NCBI GenBank assembly: GCA_947632115.1
Contig: CANROB010000003.1
Coordinates: 14,919 to 78,918, forward strand
Direction: 5' to 3'
DNA: 64,000 bases
DNA from: an uncultured Bacilli bacterium
GTDB lineage: Bacteria > Bacillota_I > Bacilli_A > RF39 > UBA660
The notes beneath the pieces are model-generated. The model worked only from the letters and a program-made list of their open reading frames with translations. It was not told the DNA's origin and did not search any database. The first letter of the stretch is position 1, and each line of letters opens with the position of its first letter. Made by a program: the position numbers and the translations under genes. Shown piece after piece: positions 26,904 to 36,550 of the stretch.

Positions 26904-28631
26904 AAATCCGCTTCGCTTAAATAAATGCTCTAAATCTTGCTTAGAATAATAAATAATGGTTGGTCTTCCATGTGGACAGTTAAATGGATTTTCACAAGCC
27001 CTTAAGTCATTAATTAACTCTTCCATTTCTTCTAAGGTAATATTGGTATTTGCTTTAATACTCATCTTACAAGCAGCAGTTGCTGCTACATGGTCATATA
27101 GTTCCGGAAGACTAAACTTTTTTTCTTTAGAAATAACGGCCTCTAAAATTTTCTTGATATTTTCTTCTTCATAATCGGTCGGAATCCAAACGGGATGGGC
27201 TTTAATGATAACGGAAGATACGCCAAATTCATCGATTTCAAAATTCATCGTTCGAAGTAAATCGAAATTTTCTTTTAAAATCATAAATTCATTATTAGGA
27301 TATTCTATCGTAATTGGAAAAAGTAGAGAAATACTTTCTTTCGTTGGATGAAAGAGTTTTTCTTTTACTTTTTCATAATTAATTCGCTCTTTTGCAGCAT
27401 GTTGATCCATCAAATACATGCCTTTTTCGTTTTGGGCAACAATATAGGTTCCATGAACAAGCCCAACCGGATAAAGAGGAGGCAGTTTTTCTTTAATATC
27501 TTCATGGACAGTTACTTCTTCTTCCTTAAAAAGGTCTTCATTTATAAGAAGTGGTTCATCCGGCTCTTTTACTTCATCAAAAGAAAGTACCGGAATTTCA
27601 TATTCTACCTTTTTTACTACTTTTTCTTCTTCAATATGAGGAATTAATGTTTTCTTTTTTAAAGCAGAAGTAATCATGGAAGAAACTAACTCATTTAATT
27701 CTTCTGGTTTTCCAAACTTGATATCCATTTTGGTTGGATGAATATTTACATCAACAATACTAGTATCGACTAAAATACTTAAAACGACAATGGGATAGCG
27801 ATTATCTGGCTGATAAGAGTGATAGGCCTCTTTGATCACTCTATTTAAATCCATATTTCGGACAATTCTTCCATTTACAATGGTAACCATGCCACTTCTA
27901 GAAGCCCTATGGACCTCGGGAAGACTAATATATCCCGTTATCTCATAGTCACTGTTTTCTGCATTTATCTCTATCATTTTTTTTGCTAAAGAAGCCCCGT
28001 AAATATAGTGAATGACTTTTAATAAATTGCCACTGCCATCAGTTCTCAATAGTTCTTTTCCATCATTACTAAAAAAGAAACGAATCTCTGGATGGGAAAG
28101 CGCTACCCTATTCATATATTCTGTTACATTGGCGAGCTCGGTATAAAGACTTTTTAAATTCTTTAAGCGGGCTGGTGTATTATAAAAAAGGTCAGTTACT
28201 TTGATATCCGTTCCTTTTCTAGCATCCCCTTTTCCTTCAAAGGTAAGTTTTCCCCCTTCCATTTTAACAACCGTTCCAACACTCCCAGTAGAGGTGGAAA
28301 GTTCTACTTTAGAAACAGCGGCAATCGAAGCAAGAGCCTCTCCGCGAAACCCTAAAGTCGCAATTCGATAAAGGTCTTCTTCTCTTTTAATTTTACTAGT
28401 CGCATGACGAGAAAAACATAAAATGGCATCTTCCTTTTCCATTCCTTTTCCATTATCAATTACCCGAATTTCTTTCGTACCAGATTCTAGTAGTTCTACT
28501 TTAATTTCACTACTACCGGCATCAATACTATTTTCTACTAATTCTTTCACAACCGAAGAAACTCTCTCGACAACTTCTCCGGCAGCAATTTTATTTGCTA
28601 AAATTTCATCTAATACTTTTATTACTGCCAT
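26901..28631 (-). CDS. mutL: DNA mismatch repair endonuclease MutL
   Basis: GHKL ATPase N-terminus (IAAGEVVERVSSVVKELVENSIDAG, DNGKGM, LGFRGEAL). The C-terminus carries the endonuclease motif DQHAAKERINYE and CPHGRP. Confidence 0.95.
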   Translation of the reverse strand: MAVIKVLDEILANKIAAGEVVERVSSVVKELVENSIDAGSSEIKVELLESGTKEIRVIDNGKGMEKEDAILCFSRHATSKIKREEDLYRIATLGFRGEALASIAAVSKVELSTSTGSVGTVVKMEGGKLTFEGKGDARKGTDIKVTDLFYNTPARLKNLKSLYTELANVTEYMNRVALSHPEIRFFFSNDGKELLRTDGSGNLLKVIHYIYGASLAKKMIEINAENSDYEITGYISLPEVHRASRSGMVTIVNGRIVRNMDLNRVIKEAYHSYQPDNRYPIVVLSILVDTSIVDVNIHPTKMDIKFGKPEELNELVSSMITSALKKKTLIPHIEEEKVVKKVEYEIPVLSFDEVKEPDEPLLINEDLFKEEEVTVHEDIKEKLPPLYPVGLVHGTYIVAQNEKGMYLMDQHAAKERINYEKVKEKLFHPTKESISLLFPITIEYPNNEFMILKENFDLLRTMNFEIDEFGVSSVIIKAHPVWIPTDYEEENIKKILEAVISKEKKFSLPELYDHVAATAACKMSIKANTNITLEEMEELINDLRACENPFNCPHGRPTIIYYSKQDLEHLFKRSGF

Positions 28632-28670
28632 GGTATCACCATTTCAATTATACCAAAAAAGGAAGAAACT

Positions 28671-29864
28671 TTAAATGATTTCTTCCATTAAGTGCGGATT
28701 TTTAAGGGCTCTAACTAAAGCATCAATTTCCTCTTTCGTATTATAAAAATAAAGACTAACCCGACAAGTATTTTTAATACCTAAATCTTCTTTTAAAATC
28801 TTCGCACAATGATTTCCGGCCCGAACACAAATATGATATTTATTTAAATAAATAGCTAAATCTTGGGAGAAGACATCTTGAATATTAAAGGTAATAATTC
28901 CAGATTCACTTTTTTCATTATAAAGAATGATTTTAGGAACTTCTTTTAGACGACGAATTGCATAGTCTCTTAATTCTTTTTCATACGCTTGAATCCTATC
29001 CATACCAATTTCTTCTAGATATTCCACTACTTTTCCAAAACCAATCACCCCCGCAATATTAGGCGTACCGGCTTCTAGAAAATGGGGAATCTCATTATAA
29101 ATAACGGTTCCATCAAATTCAAAAGAGGCATTCATTCCGCCACCTACAATTAAAGGGCGAAACTGACGTAAATACTCTTCTTTCCCATAAAGAACGCCAA
29201 GACCAGTAGGGCCACACATCTTATGGGCAGAAAAAGCAAGGAAATCAATATCAAGTTCTTTAACATCAACAGGCATATGGGGAACACTTTGCGCGCCATC
29301 TACCACAACAAGAATGCCATTTTGATGGGCAAAAGAAGTAATTTCTTTGATTGGTCTTACATCTCCTACAACATTGGTGATTTGCGCAAGCGAGATAACT
29401 TTCGTTTTTTGTGTAACAGTCTTTCTTACATTTTCCATTGTTACTTTTAAATCAGAATCAAGCGGGATATAGCGAACGACAATTCCTTTTCTTTTCGCTA
29501 GTTCAAACCAAGGCAATACATTAGAAGCATGTTCACTTTTCGTAATCAAAACTTCTTCTCCAGGATTTAAGTAATCTTCAAAAAATCCCCATACTATTTT
29601 TGATAGAGAATCGGTTGCATTATTGGTGAAAGCTACTTCATTAGTATTCGCATGAATAAAATTGCTAACAAGATATCTAGTTTTTTCAAAAAGTGTATCT
29701 ACTTTTAAACTAATATCATAATCTCCCCGATGAGCATTCGCACTATAATGATTATAATATTCACTAATTGCGTCCGCTAATACTTTTGGTTTTAAGGTAG
29801 TCGCTCCACTATCTAAATAAATAAGATTTGGGTCTTCATAAATTAAAAAATCTTCCCTTTTCAT
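28671..29864 (-). CDS. sufS: cysteine desulfurase (class V aminotransferase, SufS-like)
   Basis: PLP-lysine motif SAHKMCGPTGLG and catalytic-Cys motif RAGNHCA. It lies directly downstream of sufC and a sufD-like gene. Confidence 0.85.
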   Translation of the reverse strand: MKREDFLIYEDPNLIYLDSGATTLKPKVLADAISEYYNHYSANAHRGDYDISLKVDTLFEKTRYLVSNFIHANTNEVAFTNNATDSLSKIVWGFFEDYLNPGEEVLITKSEHASNVLPWFELAKRKGIVVRYIPLDSDLKVTMENVRKTVTQKTKVISLAQITNVVGDVRPIKEITSFAHQNGILVVVDGAQSVPHMPVDVKELDIDFLAFSAHKMCGPTGLGVLYGKEEYLRQFRPLIVGGGMNASFEFDGTVIYNEIPHFLEAGTPNIAGVIGFGKVVEYLEEIGMDRIQAYEKELRDYAIRRLKEVPKIILYNEKSESGIITFNIQDVFSQDLAIYLNKYHICVRAGNHCAKILKEDLGIKNTCRVSLYFYNTKEEIDALVRALKNPHLMEEII

Positions 29865-29867
29865 AAC

Positions 29868-30662
29868 TCACCTCCACTCATTTTTAGTAGATTGTTCTAT
29901 TTTCTTTCGCATCTTTTTATCCGAAATATCACTCAATAAAAAACCTTTTAAAAGTAATCTAGAGGCCTCTAATTCAGGAATGCCACGACTCATCAAATAA
30001 AAGAGTTCTTCTTCTTTAAATCTTCCAATAAAAGCGGAGTGAGAAGCGGAAACGTCATATTCTTCAATATAAAGATTAGGACGAATCTCACTTTTCTTAT
30101 CAGAAAGATTAATAATGCGATTATTTTGATTCGCTATACATCCTGACATCGCCTTAGGAATAAAGGTAGATACTTGTAAAGTAACTTTTCCTTTTTTAGT
30201 CGTGACAATATTGTTATGAATATCACTAACCGTTTTTGGAGCATCATGATATATATAATAGTCTAGAGATTCTTTTTCTTTCGAAATGTCTTTTAAATAG
30301 TAGTAAATAGAAGCCCCTTCTCCCATAAGGTGAGCATCTACCATTTCTCTAGTAGAGGCAATCTCTTGAAATTTATAAAATTGAACGGTACTATTTTTAG
30401 GAATTTGAAAACTATACTGAATTTTTCCATTCTCTAAATTTTGATAACAAAAGATACTAGCCTTTACTCCCTCTTTTGGTTCAATGAAAATTTTCCATTT
30501 TTTAGCTTGAGAAGTAAAGAAAAGTTCCAAAGAACAACTCTTTTCGATTTGAATCGTTAATTCGGCAATTTCAAACTCACTATGAGAAGGGTTTACTTGA
30601 AAAGATATTTTACTGCTGATTTTAGATTCAACTTGATCATCTACCACTGTTATTCTATTCAT
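29868..30662 (-). CDS. short SufB/SufD-family Fe-S assembly protein
   Basis: 264-aa ORF overlapping sufC. The C-terminal region (SHSAFIGRFKEEELFYLMSRGIPELEASRLL) matches the SufBD fold C-terminus. Confidence 0.65.
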   Translation of the reverse strand: MNRITVVDDQVESKISSKISFQVNPSHSEFEIAELTIQIEKSCSLELFFTSQAKKWKIFIEPKEGVKASIFCYQNLENGKIQYSFQIPKNSTVQFYKFQEIASTREMVDAHLMGEGASIYYYLKDISKEKESLDYYIYHDAPKTVSDIHNNIVTTKKGKVTLQVSTFIPKAMSGCIANQNNRIINLSDKKSEIRPNLYIEEYDVSASHSAFIGRFKEEELFYLMSRGIPELEASRLLLKGFLLSDISDKKMRKKIEQSTKNEWR

Positions 30663-31443
30663 GATGCTTAAGTTCCTTCACGATACAAGCACTACCTTTT
30701 GCTTGTTTTTTTTCCATTTTTTCATAACCGTTCTTTTCAACGTAATCCACAAGCGAAAAATCCCCACTTTTCACAATTCTACCGTTCATCATAATGTGGA
30801 CATGGGTCGGATGAATATATTCTAATAACCGGCGATAATGCGTAATTAGTAATAAAGAACAACCCGACTCCTTTTGATAAGCAGTCACGTTTTCTCCTAC
30901 GATTTTTAGACTATCGACATCCAAACCAGAATCAATTTCATCTAATAATACAACAGATGGTTTTAGTAAATACATCTGTAAAATCTCATTTTTCTTTCTC
31001 TCTCCGCCACTAAAGCCTTGATTGACATCTCGGTCAATCATATCATGGTCCATTTCTAATTTATCAATTGCTTGATCTAGTTCTTTGATAAAAGGAAATA
31101 ATTTAAAATCTTTTCCTTTCTTAGAAGAGACAATGGTTCTCAAGAAATCTGCATTGCTTACCCCTTCAATGGCTAAAGGAGACTGCATTCCTAAAAAAAG
31201 ACCTAGATGAGCTCTTTCATCGACAGATAATTTTGTTAAATCTTGATTATCAAAAAGGATGGTTCCTTTTTCTATTTGATAGCTAGGATCTCCCATGATT
31301 ACTTTCGTAAGAGTGCTTTTTCCTGTTCCATTAGGACCCATGATCGCATGAATCTCGCCACTTTTGATAGTAAGATTAAAAGAAGATAAAATTTCTTTTC
31401 CATCGATACTTACCGTTAAATCTTTGATTTCTAGTGTATGCAT
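30655..31443 (-). CDS. sufC: Fe-S cluster assembly ATPase SufC
   Basis: Walker A GPNGTGKST, signature FSGGERKK, Walker B VVLLDEIDSGLD, and H-loop ITHY. Confidence 0.95.
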   Translation of the reverse strand: MHTLEIKDLTVSIDGKEILSSFNLTIKSGEIHAIMGPNGTGKSTLTKVIMGDPSYQIEKGTILFDNQDLTKLSVDERAHLGLFLGMQSPLAIEGVSNADFLRTIVSSKKGKDFKLFPFIKELDQAIDKLEMDHDMIDRDVNQGFSGGERKKNEILQMYLLKPSVVLLDEIDSGLDVDSLKIVGENVTAYQKESGCSLLLITHYRRLLEYIHPTHVHIMMNGRIVKSGDFSLVDYVEKNGYEKMEKKQAKGSACIVKELKHHE

Positions 31444-31582
31444 ATAATCATCTCCAAAAGTATTATACTAAAAAACCAATAAAAACAAAAGAGCTTGTAT
31501 AATTTTTAAAATACTTTCTCATTATAACAATGAATATCCGCAAGTATTCACGTAAAAAGCGAGCAATCGCTTTTTTTGGATG

Positions 31583-31612
31583 AAAAAGGATATACTATTT
31601 ACAAGTATATCC
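31583..31612 (-). terminator. rho-independent terminator overlapping the gene's 3' end
   Basis: On the minus strand: GGATATAC-TTGTAAATA-GTATATCC followed by TTTTT. Confidence 0.65.
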
Positions 31613-32317
31613 TGAATCTTCTGCTGATTTTTTCAAATCATCATATGTAGAATCTTTATAATCCTCTGGGTCAAATCCAGCATCTTTAGCCTTATCTTTA
31701 TCTACCTTACTAAGATTAAAATTCATTTCTTGAGTAATGCTTCTTCCACTCTTTTTTACAGAACAAGAAATTCCACCAACATCCTTGTAATCATCACATT
31801 CTTCTTTGGCACTATTATAAGATTTTTCTATTTCATCTTCATCATAGTCAGAAGGGAATTCTGCACTAACTTTCATACCAATTTTCTTAACTTCTTTTCC
31901 AGCTTTATCAAAAACAGCGGATTCTGTCATAGATACTTTCATTCCCATAGAAGAATTTTCCATCGTACATTCTAGTTTCTTACCATTATCTTTCAATAAG
32001 AAAACAGCAACAACGATAACAATTACCACTACTAAAGCAATAATTCCTATAATAAGTGGCATCATATTTTTCTTCTTTGCTGGTTGATTAGCTACCATTC
32101 CATTTGCCATTGGTTGACCATAAGCCATTGGCTGTGGTTGACCATATCCCATAGGTTGTTGTGGTGGCATTGGTGGTTGTACTGGTGGAACAGGTGCTGG
32201 TTGTGGAGGTACCGGTGTTGGATTAACTGGTGGCACTGGTGCTCCCATTGGAGTTTGTGGTACTCCTGGATTTGCTTGTGGATTCGGATTCATATTTGGA
32301 TTCATATTATTATTCAT
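31595..32317 (-). CDS. Pro/Gln-rich N-terminal tail, single-TM, Cys-containing ectodomain protein
   Basis: 240-aa ORF with ~80 aa of low-complexity P/Q/N/M sequence, one TM helix (LIIGIIALVVVIVIVVAVFLL), and an extracellular domain with four Cys. Confidence 0.75.
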   Translation of the reverse strand: MNNNMNPNMNPNPQANPGVPQTPMGAPVPPVNPTPVPPQPAPVPPVQPPMPPQQPMGYGQPQPMAYGQPMANGMVANQPAKKKNMMPLIIGIIALVVVIVIVVAVFLLKDNGKKLECTMENSSMGMKVSMTESAVFDKAGKEVKKIGMKVSAEFPSDYDEDEIEKSYNSAKEECDDYKDVGGISCSVKKSGRSITQEMNFNLSKVDKDKAKDAGFDPEDYKDSTYDDLKKSAEDSGYTCK

Positions 32318-32461
32318 AGTCTCCTTACCTTTCTACACTACCAATATATCATAAATTGTCGAAAAAGGAAACCTTATTTGTTTTTGCTTGTCACTTTTTT
32401 AAAAAAGAGTTTCTATCTATCCTGTCATTTTTATGATATAATGGCTTTAGGAGAGTGAAAT

Positions 32462-32830
32462 ATGAACGATTGCTTATTTTGTAAAATTGAAAAAGGAGAA
32501 ATTCCATCCTTCAAAATTTATGAGGACGATTTCGTATTTGCCTTTTTAGATATTGATCCTAAAAGTGAAGGACATACTTTAATCATTCCGAAAAAACATA
32601 CATTAGATTTGCAGTCAATTGAAAAGGATTCCCTATTAGCCATTCTAGAAGCCGCTAAAAAAGTGATGAATTTATTATCGCAAAAATTACCAGTTGATGG
32701 ATTTACCATTATGCAAAATAATGGGGCTGCACAAGAGGTAAAACACTTCCATCTACACGTTATCCCTTATTACACAAATACAAAAGAAAAAAGAACGCCA
32801 GAAGAGATACATGCATTAATTACCAAGTAA
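32462..32830 (+). CDS. HIT-family (histidine triad) protein
   Basis: CLFCKI N-terminus and the HFHLHVIP histidine triad. Confidence 0.9.
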   Translation: MNDCLFCKIEKGEIPSFKIYEDDFVFAFLDIDPKSEGHTLIIPKKHTLDLQSIEKDSLLAILEAAKKVMNLLSQKLPVDGFTIMQNNGAAQEVKHFHLHVIPYYTNTKEKRTPEEIHALITK

Positions 32831-32856
32831 AAAGAAGCTATTTAATAGCTTCTTTT
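32831..32856. terminator. shared hairpin between the convergent HIT gene and pnp (weak T tails)
   Basis: AAAGAAGCTA-TTTAA-TAGCTTCTTT perfect 10-bp stem, immediately after the HIT stop and overlapping the pnp 3' codons. Confidence 0.5.
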
Positions 32857-34970
32857 CTTGATAGATTAAGTCTTCCCTTATTGTCATAGCCAAGACATTT
32901 AACGATAATTTCATCGCCTTCTTTAACAACATCCTCTACTTTAGCAACTCTTTCCATGGCAAGTTGCCCGATATGTACCATTCCTTCACATCCTGGCCAT
33001 AATTCTACAAAGCATCCTTTATCGCTTAAAATTTTCACTACTTTTCCGGTATAAATTTTATCTACCTCAGGTTCTCTTACAATATCTTTAATACGATTAG
33101 CGGTTGCTTCAATAATTTCTTTATTAGTGTGATAGATAATAACCCGTCCATCATCTTCAAGGTCTACCTTAACAGCATTGATATCATTAACAGCATCAAC
33201 ATGACTACACTCTAAGATAATCTTTGTAATGGTTTCTCCCCCTTTACCAATTACTTCTTTAATCTTATCTGGATTAATCATGAATGTCATCATCTTTGGT
33301 GCATATGGAGAAACTTCTTTACGAGGTTCTGGAATTTGTTCATGGATAACATCCAAAATTTGCATACGTGCTACTTTGGCTTGGGCTAAAGCTTTCTCTA
33401 AGATTTCTTTGGTGATTCCACGAATCTTAATATCCATTTGTAAAGCACAAATACCATCCCTAGTACCAGCTACTTTAAAGTCCATATCTCCTAAATGATC
33501 TTCCATACCTTGAATATCTGTTAAAATAGTATAATCATCCCCATAGGTAATAAGTCCCATCGCAATACCAGCAACTGGAGCCTTAATTGGTACACCAGCG
33601 GCCATCAAACTCATACATCCAGCACAAATACTTGCTTGCGAAGAAGAACCATTACTTTCTAGAATTTCACTAACAACCCGAATGGTATATGGGAAAGTAT
33701 CTTCATCAGGAATGACTTGGGCAAGGGCTCTTTCACCTAAGGCTCCATGACCAATCTCTCTTCTTCCTGGAGAACCATAACGTCCAGTTTCTCCTACACT
33801 AAATTGTGGGAAGTTATAGTGAAGCATAAATCTTTTTTCAGTCTCTAAATCAAGACCATCTAAGATTTGATGTTCACCAAGAGCTCCCAAAGTCGTAACA
33901 CTTAAACTCTGTGTCTCACCACGGGTAAATAAAGCAGATCCATGCGTTCTTGGAAGTAAATCAATATCCGTTGAAAGAGGACGAATTTCCGTCATGGCTC
34001 TTCCATCAGCCCGAACATGTTCTTTTACAACAATAGCTCTAAATAAATCGTATTCGACATCTTCTAAAATTAATTTTACTTTGGTTAAAAGTTCCGTTAG
34101 AGCATCTTCTTCTAAATCTTGATTTTCTTCTTCATATTTTTGAACTACACGTTCTTTAATCTCATCAATAGCATTATATTTTTCTAGTTTTTCTTTAATG
34201 CGAAGAGCCTTATCTAAGTCTTTCTCACAAAGGCTTCTTACTTCTTCCCGAAGTTGGTCGGTAATCTCAAGGACATCATAGGTCATCTTCTCTTCGCCAA
34301 TTTCCGCAATGATTTTCTCTTCAAAAGCAACTAGTTCCTTAATCGCTTCATGACCAAACATCAAGGCTTCTAACATATCTTCCTCTGATACTTCTTTGGC
34401 ACCAGCTTCTACCATGTTAATTGCTTCTTTGGTACCAGCAACAGTAAGGTCAATATCGGATTTATCGGCCTCTTCCACAGTTGGATTGATGATGAATTTT
34501 CCATCTACTCGTCCTACTTTTACCCCTGCAATTGGTCCATCAAAAGGGATTTTAGAAATACAAGTAGCAAGAGAGGAAGCAAACATCGCTGTCATCTCTG
34601 GAGAGTTATCAGGATCAACACTAAGAACGGTATTGACAACCTGAACCTCATTTCGGAAGTTTTCAGGGAAAAGTGGTCGCATTGGACGATCAATCATACG
34701 AGCAGCTAACGTAGCAGACTCGGTAGGTCTTCCCTCTCTTTTAATAAATCCTCCTGGAATCTTTCCAACAGAATATAATTTCTCTTGATATAAAACGGTT
34801 AATGGGAAAAAGTCAGATAGAACATTAGCGGTTTTACTAACGACAACAGCACTTAAAATAACCGTATCGCCATAACGAACCAAAACAGAACCGTGTGCTT
34901 GTTTCGCTAATTCCCCATGTTCTACTACTAATTTTCTTCCTCTAAAATCTAATTCATATACTTTCTTCAT
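32838..34970 (-). CDS. pnp: polyribonucleotide nucleotidyltransferase (PNPase)
   Basis: Two RNase PH domains, then KH and S1 domains ([29 protein letters not shown]). Start set at the ATG at 34970 (MKKVYELDF), after a GGAGGAG RBS. Confidence 0.95.
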   Translation of the reverse strand: MKKVYELDFRGRKLVVEHGELAKQAHGSVLVRYGDTVILSAVVVSKTANVLSDFFPLTVLYQEKLYSVGKIPGGFIKREGRPTESATLAARMIDRPMRPLFPENFRNEVQVVNTVLSVDPDNSPEMTAMFASSLATCISKIPFDGPIAGVKVGRVDGKFIINPTVEEADKSDIDLTVAGTKEAINMVEAGAKEVSEEDMLEALMFGHEAIKELVAFEEKIIAEIGEEKMTYDVLEITDQLREEVRSLCEKDLDKALRIKEKLEKYNAIDEIKERVVQKYEEENQDLEEDALTELLTKVKLILEDVEYDLFRAIVVKEHVRADGRAMTEIRPLSTDIDLLPRTHGSALFTRGETQSLSVTTLGALGEHQILDGLDLETEKRFMLHYNFPQFSVGETGRYGSPGRREIGHGALGERALAQVIPDEDTFPYTIRVVSEILESNGSSSQASICAGCMSLMAAGVPIKAPVAGIAMGLITYGDDYTILTDIQGMEDHLGDMDFKVAGTRDGICALQMDIKIRGITKEILEKALAQAKVARMQILDVIHEQIPEPRKEVSPYAPKMMTFMINPDKIKEVIGKGGETITKIILECSHVDAVNDINAVKVDLEDDGRVIIYHTNKEIIEATANRIKDIVREPEVDKIYTGKVVKILSDKGCFVELWPGCEGMVHIGQLAMERVAKVEDVVKEGDEIIVKCLGYDNKGRLNLSRKEAIK

Positions 34971-34991
34971 AAACTCCTCCATTATCAATAG

Positions 34992-35017
34992 AAAGACACT
35001 CAAAAAAGAGTGTCTTT
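34992..35017 (-). promoter_or_regulatory. 10-bp stem-loop in the rpsO-pnp spacer (processing or attenuation hairpin candidate)
   Basis: On the minus strand: AAAGACACTC-TTTTTT-GAGTGTCTTT, with no T-tail after it. It lies between the rpsO stop (35036) and the pnp RBS. Confidence 0.5.
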
Positions 35018-35035
35018 GTTTTTTTCCTTAAATTG

Positions 35036-35305
35036 TTATTTTCTTAAGCCTAACTCTTTAACAACTGCACGATATCTTGTAACATCATTTTTAATTAAAT
35101 AGTTAAGTAGGCTTCTTCTTTGACCAACTTTTCTAAGAAGTCCTCTCTTAGAATGATGATCTCCCTTATGTTCTTTAAAGTGTTCTGTTAAAGCATTAAT
35201 TTCTTCTGTTAAAATAGCGATTTGTACTTCAATAGAACCAGTATCGTTCTCATCTTTTCCAAATTTCTTAACAATTTCTGCCTTTTTTTCTTTTGTTAAA
35301 GCCAT
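35036..35305 (-). CDS. rpsO: 30S ribosomal protein S15
   Basis: [16 protein letters not shown]... with HLKEHKKDHHSRRGLL-type motif. Start at 35305, after an AAGGAGAA RBS. Confidence 0.95.
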   Translation of the reverse strand: MALTKEKKAEIVKKFGKDENDTGSIEVQIAILTEEINALTEHFKEHKGDHHSKRGLLRKVGQRRSLLNYLIKNDVTRYRAVVKELGLRK

Positions 35306-35440
35306 ACGTATTCTCCTTTCCAATGATACGCTTCAGCCTAGAAGAAGTCGGAGACTCTTCCACCAAGGTGAAGTACGAATATAATATACACTATTTTTAG
35401 GGAAAGTTCAAGACTATTTCTGAATTCCCTAAAATTTTCA

Positions 35441-35797
35441 TCAAGAAAGAAGGAATTTCTTCCACTCTTCTTCCCTAAAGCCAACTAATACTTGATTTTC
35501 AGTAATAGCAATAGGACGTTTGATTAGCATTCCATTAGAAGAAAGAAGTTGAATCTTTTCTTCTAAAGAATAGGAAGATAACTTTTCCTTTAAGTTCCAC
35601 TCCTTATAAAGAAGACCACTTGTATTAAAAAGTTTTTGAATATCTACATAACGTAACCAAGATTTTATCTCTTCTTCTTTTGGTGGACATTCTTTGATAT
35701 TGACGGTTTCATAAGAAATATGGTTCTCGTCTAAAAAGGCAAGGGCCTTCTTACAAGTTGTGCATTTTGGATAACAATATACGATCACTTTTCTCAC
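35441..35797 (-). CDS. ArsC/Spx-family thioredoxin-fold protein (GTG start, uncertain)
   Basis: 118-aa ORF with an N-terminal CxxC (YPKCTTCKKA) and the LIKRPI motif typical of the ArsC/Spx/YffB family. Confidence 0.75.
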   Translation of the reverse strand: MRKVIVYCYPKCTTCKKALAFLDENHISYETVNIKECPPKEEEIKSWLRYVDIQKLFNTSGLLYKEWNLKEKLSSYSLEEKIQLLSSNGMLIKRPIAITENQVLVGFREEEWKKFLLS

Positions 35798-36542
35798 TGC
35801 TTCTTTCTATTTCATGCATAAATTTTTCTAAATATTTTTGAGAGTCTCTTAAAGGTTCAATTCCTCCAAAAGAAGAGGCAACATCGCAATAATTTAAAAA
35901 GTCTTTACTATTTACTTTTAAGTAGCCATCATGAATCATTTGATAGGCTGTAGACTCTTTCCCCTCTAGCATTCTTCCCCCTATCTCACACGTTCTAAGA
36001 TAAGTAGGATGCGGATAATAGCGATTTTTAAAGTTATATCCTAACAAAAAGAATTCTTGATACGTAGGATCTGCTATATAAAATTCTTCTAAATAACAAA
36101 GTACAATATAATGAGAATAAGGAAAATGAAAAAGAGACCCCATATCTATCATGGTAGCAGGTACTTCTAGTCCCTTTGCAATCTCTAAAAAAAGAAGACA
36201 AAAATCCTTACTACGTGTTCTTAGACTATCTATTTCAAGATTACAGTGATATAACTCTTCAGCCTGGTTACGCATATAGAATAAAATTTTCTCTAATACA
36301 TATTCTTTTTTCTCTTTATTAGAAGGAGGCATTCTATTTTGAGAGGCTTTTAAAATTCTATCAGTTAGTTTATTTTCTAGTTGCGATAGTTTTAAAAGCG
36401 ATGGGATATCTTCGAAAGAATTATCATGAAATGCCTCATAAACGGTATCAAAATAAGGTTCTAAATAAGCTCTTTTTTTATATACTTCATACGATTCTGA
36501 CTTTATAATAGCTTCTTCTAGACGTTTTAAATTCTCTTGCAT
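35751..36542 (-). CDS. putative transglutaminase-like (Cys-His-Asp) domain protein
   Basis: 263-aa ORF. The segment DFCLLFLEIAKGLEVPATMIDMG ... SHYIVLCYL ... ADPT follows the C...G-(I/V)-P-A...G...H...D-P-T order of the transglutaminase-like core. This is a motif-level match only. Confidence 0.45.
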   Translation of the reverse strand: MQENLKRLEEAIIKSESYEVYKKRAYLEPYFDTVYEAFHDNSFEDIPSLLKLSQLENKLTDRILKASQNRMPPSNKEKKEYVLEKILFYMRNQAEELYHCNLEIDSLRTRSKDFCLLFLEIAKGLEVPATMIDMGSLFHFPYSHYIVLCYLEEFYIADPTYQEFFLLGYNFKNRYYPHPTYLRTCEIGGRMLEGKESTAYQMIHDGYLKVNSKDFLNYCDVASSFGGIEPLRDSQKYLEKFMHEIERSSEKSDRILLSKMHNL

Positions 36543-36550
36543 AACTCCCC

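Noticed and set aside
32084-32458. Trp/His/Leu-rich 124-aa plus-strand ORF.
   Set aside because: It is the reverse-complement reading of the Pro/Gln-rich low-complexity tail of the 31595..32317 gene (CCA/CCT read as TGG/AGG). This is an artefact of the repeat composition.
35306-35440. Possible S15 autoregulatory leader, or a terminator, in the 135-nt region upstream of rpsO (TAGGGAA...TTCCCTA inverted repeat and CTTCACC..GGTGGAAG).
   Set aside because: The stems are imperfect and AT-rich, and I cannot match them to the known S15-binding leader structures by eye. This is not strong enough to report as a feature.
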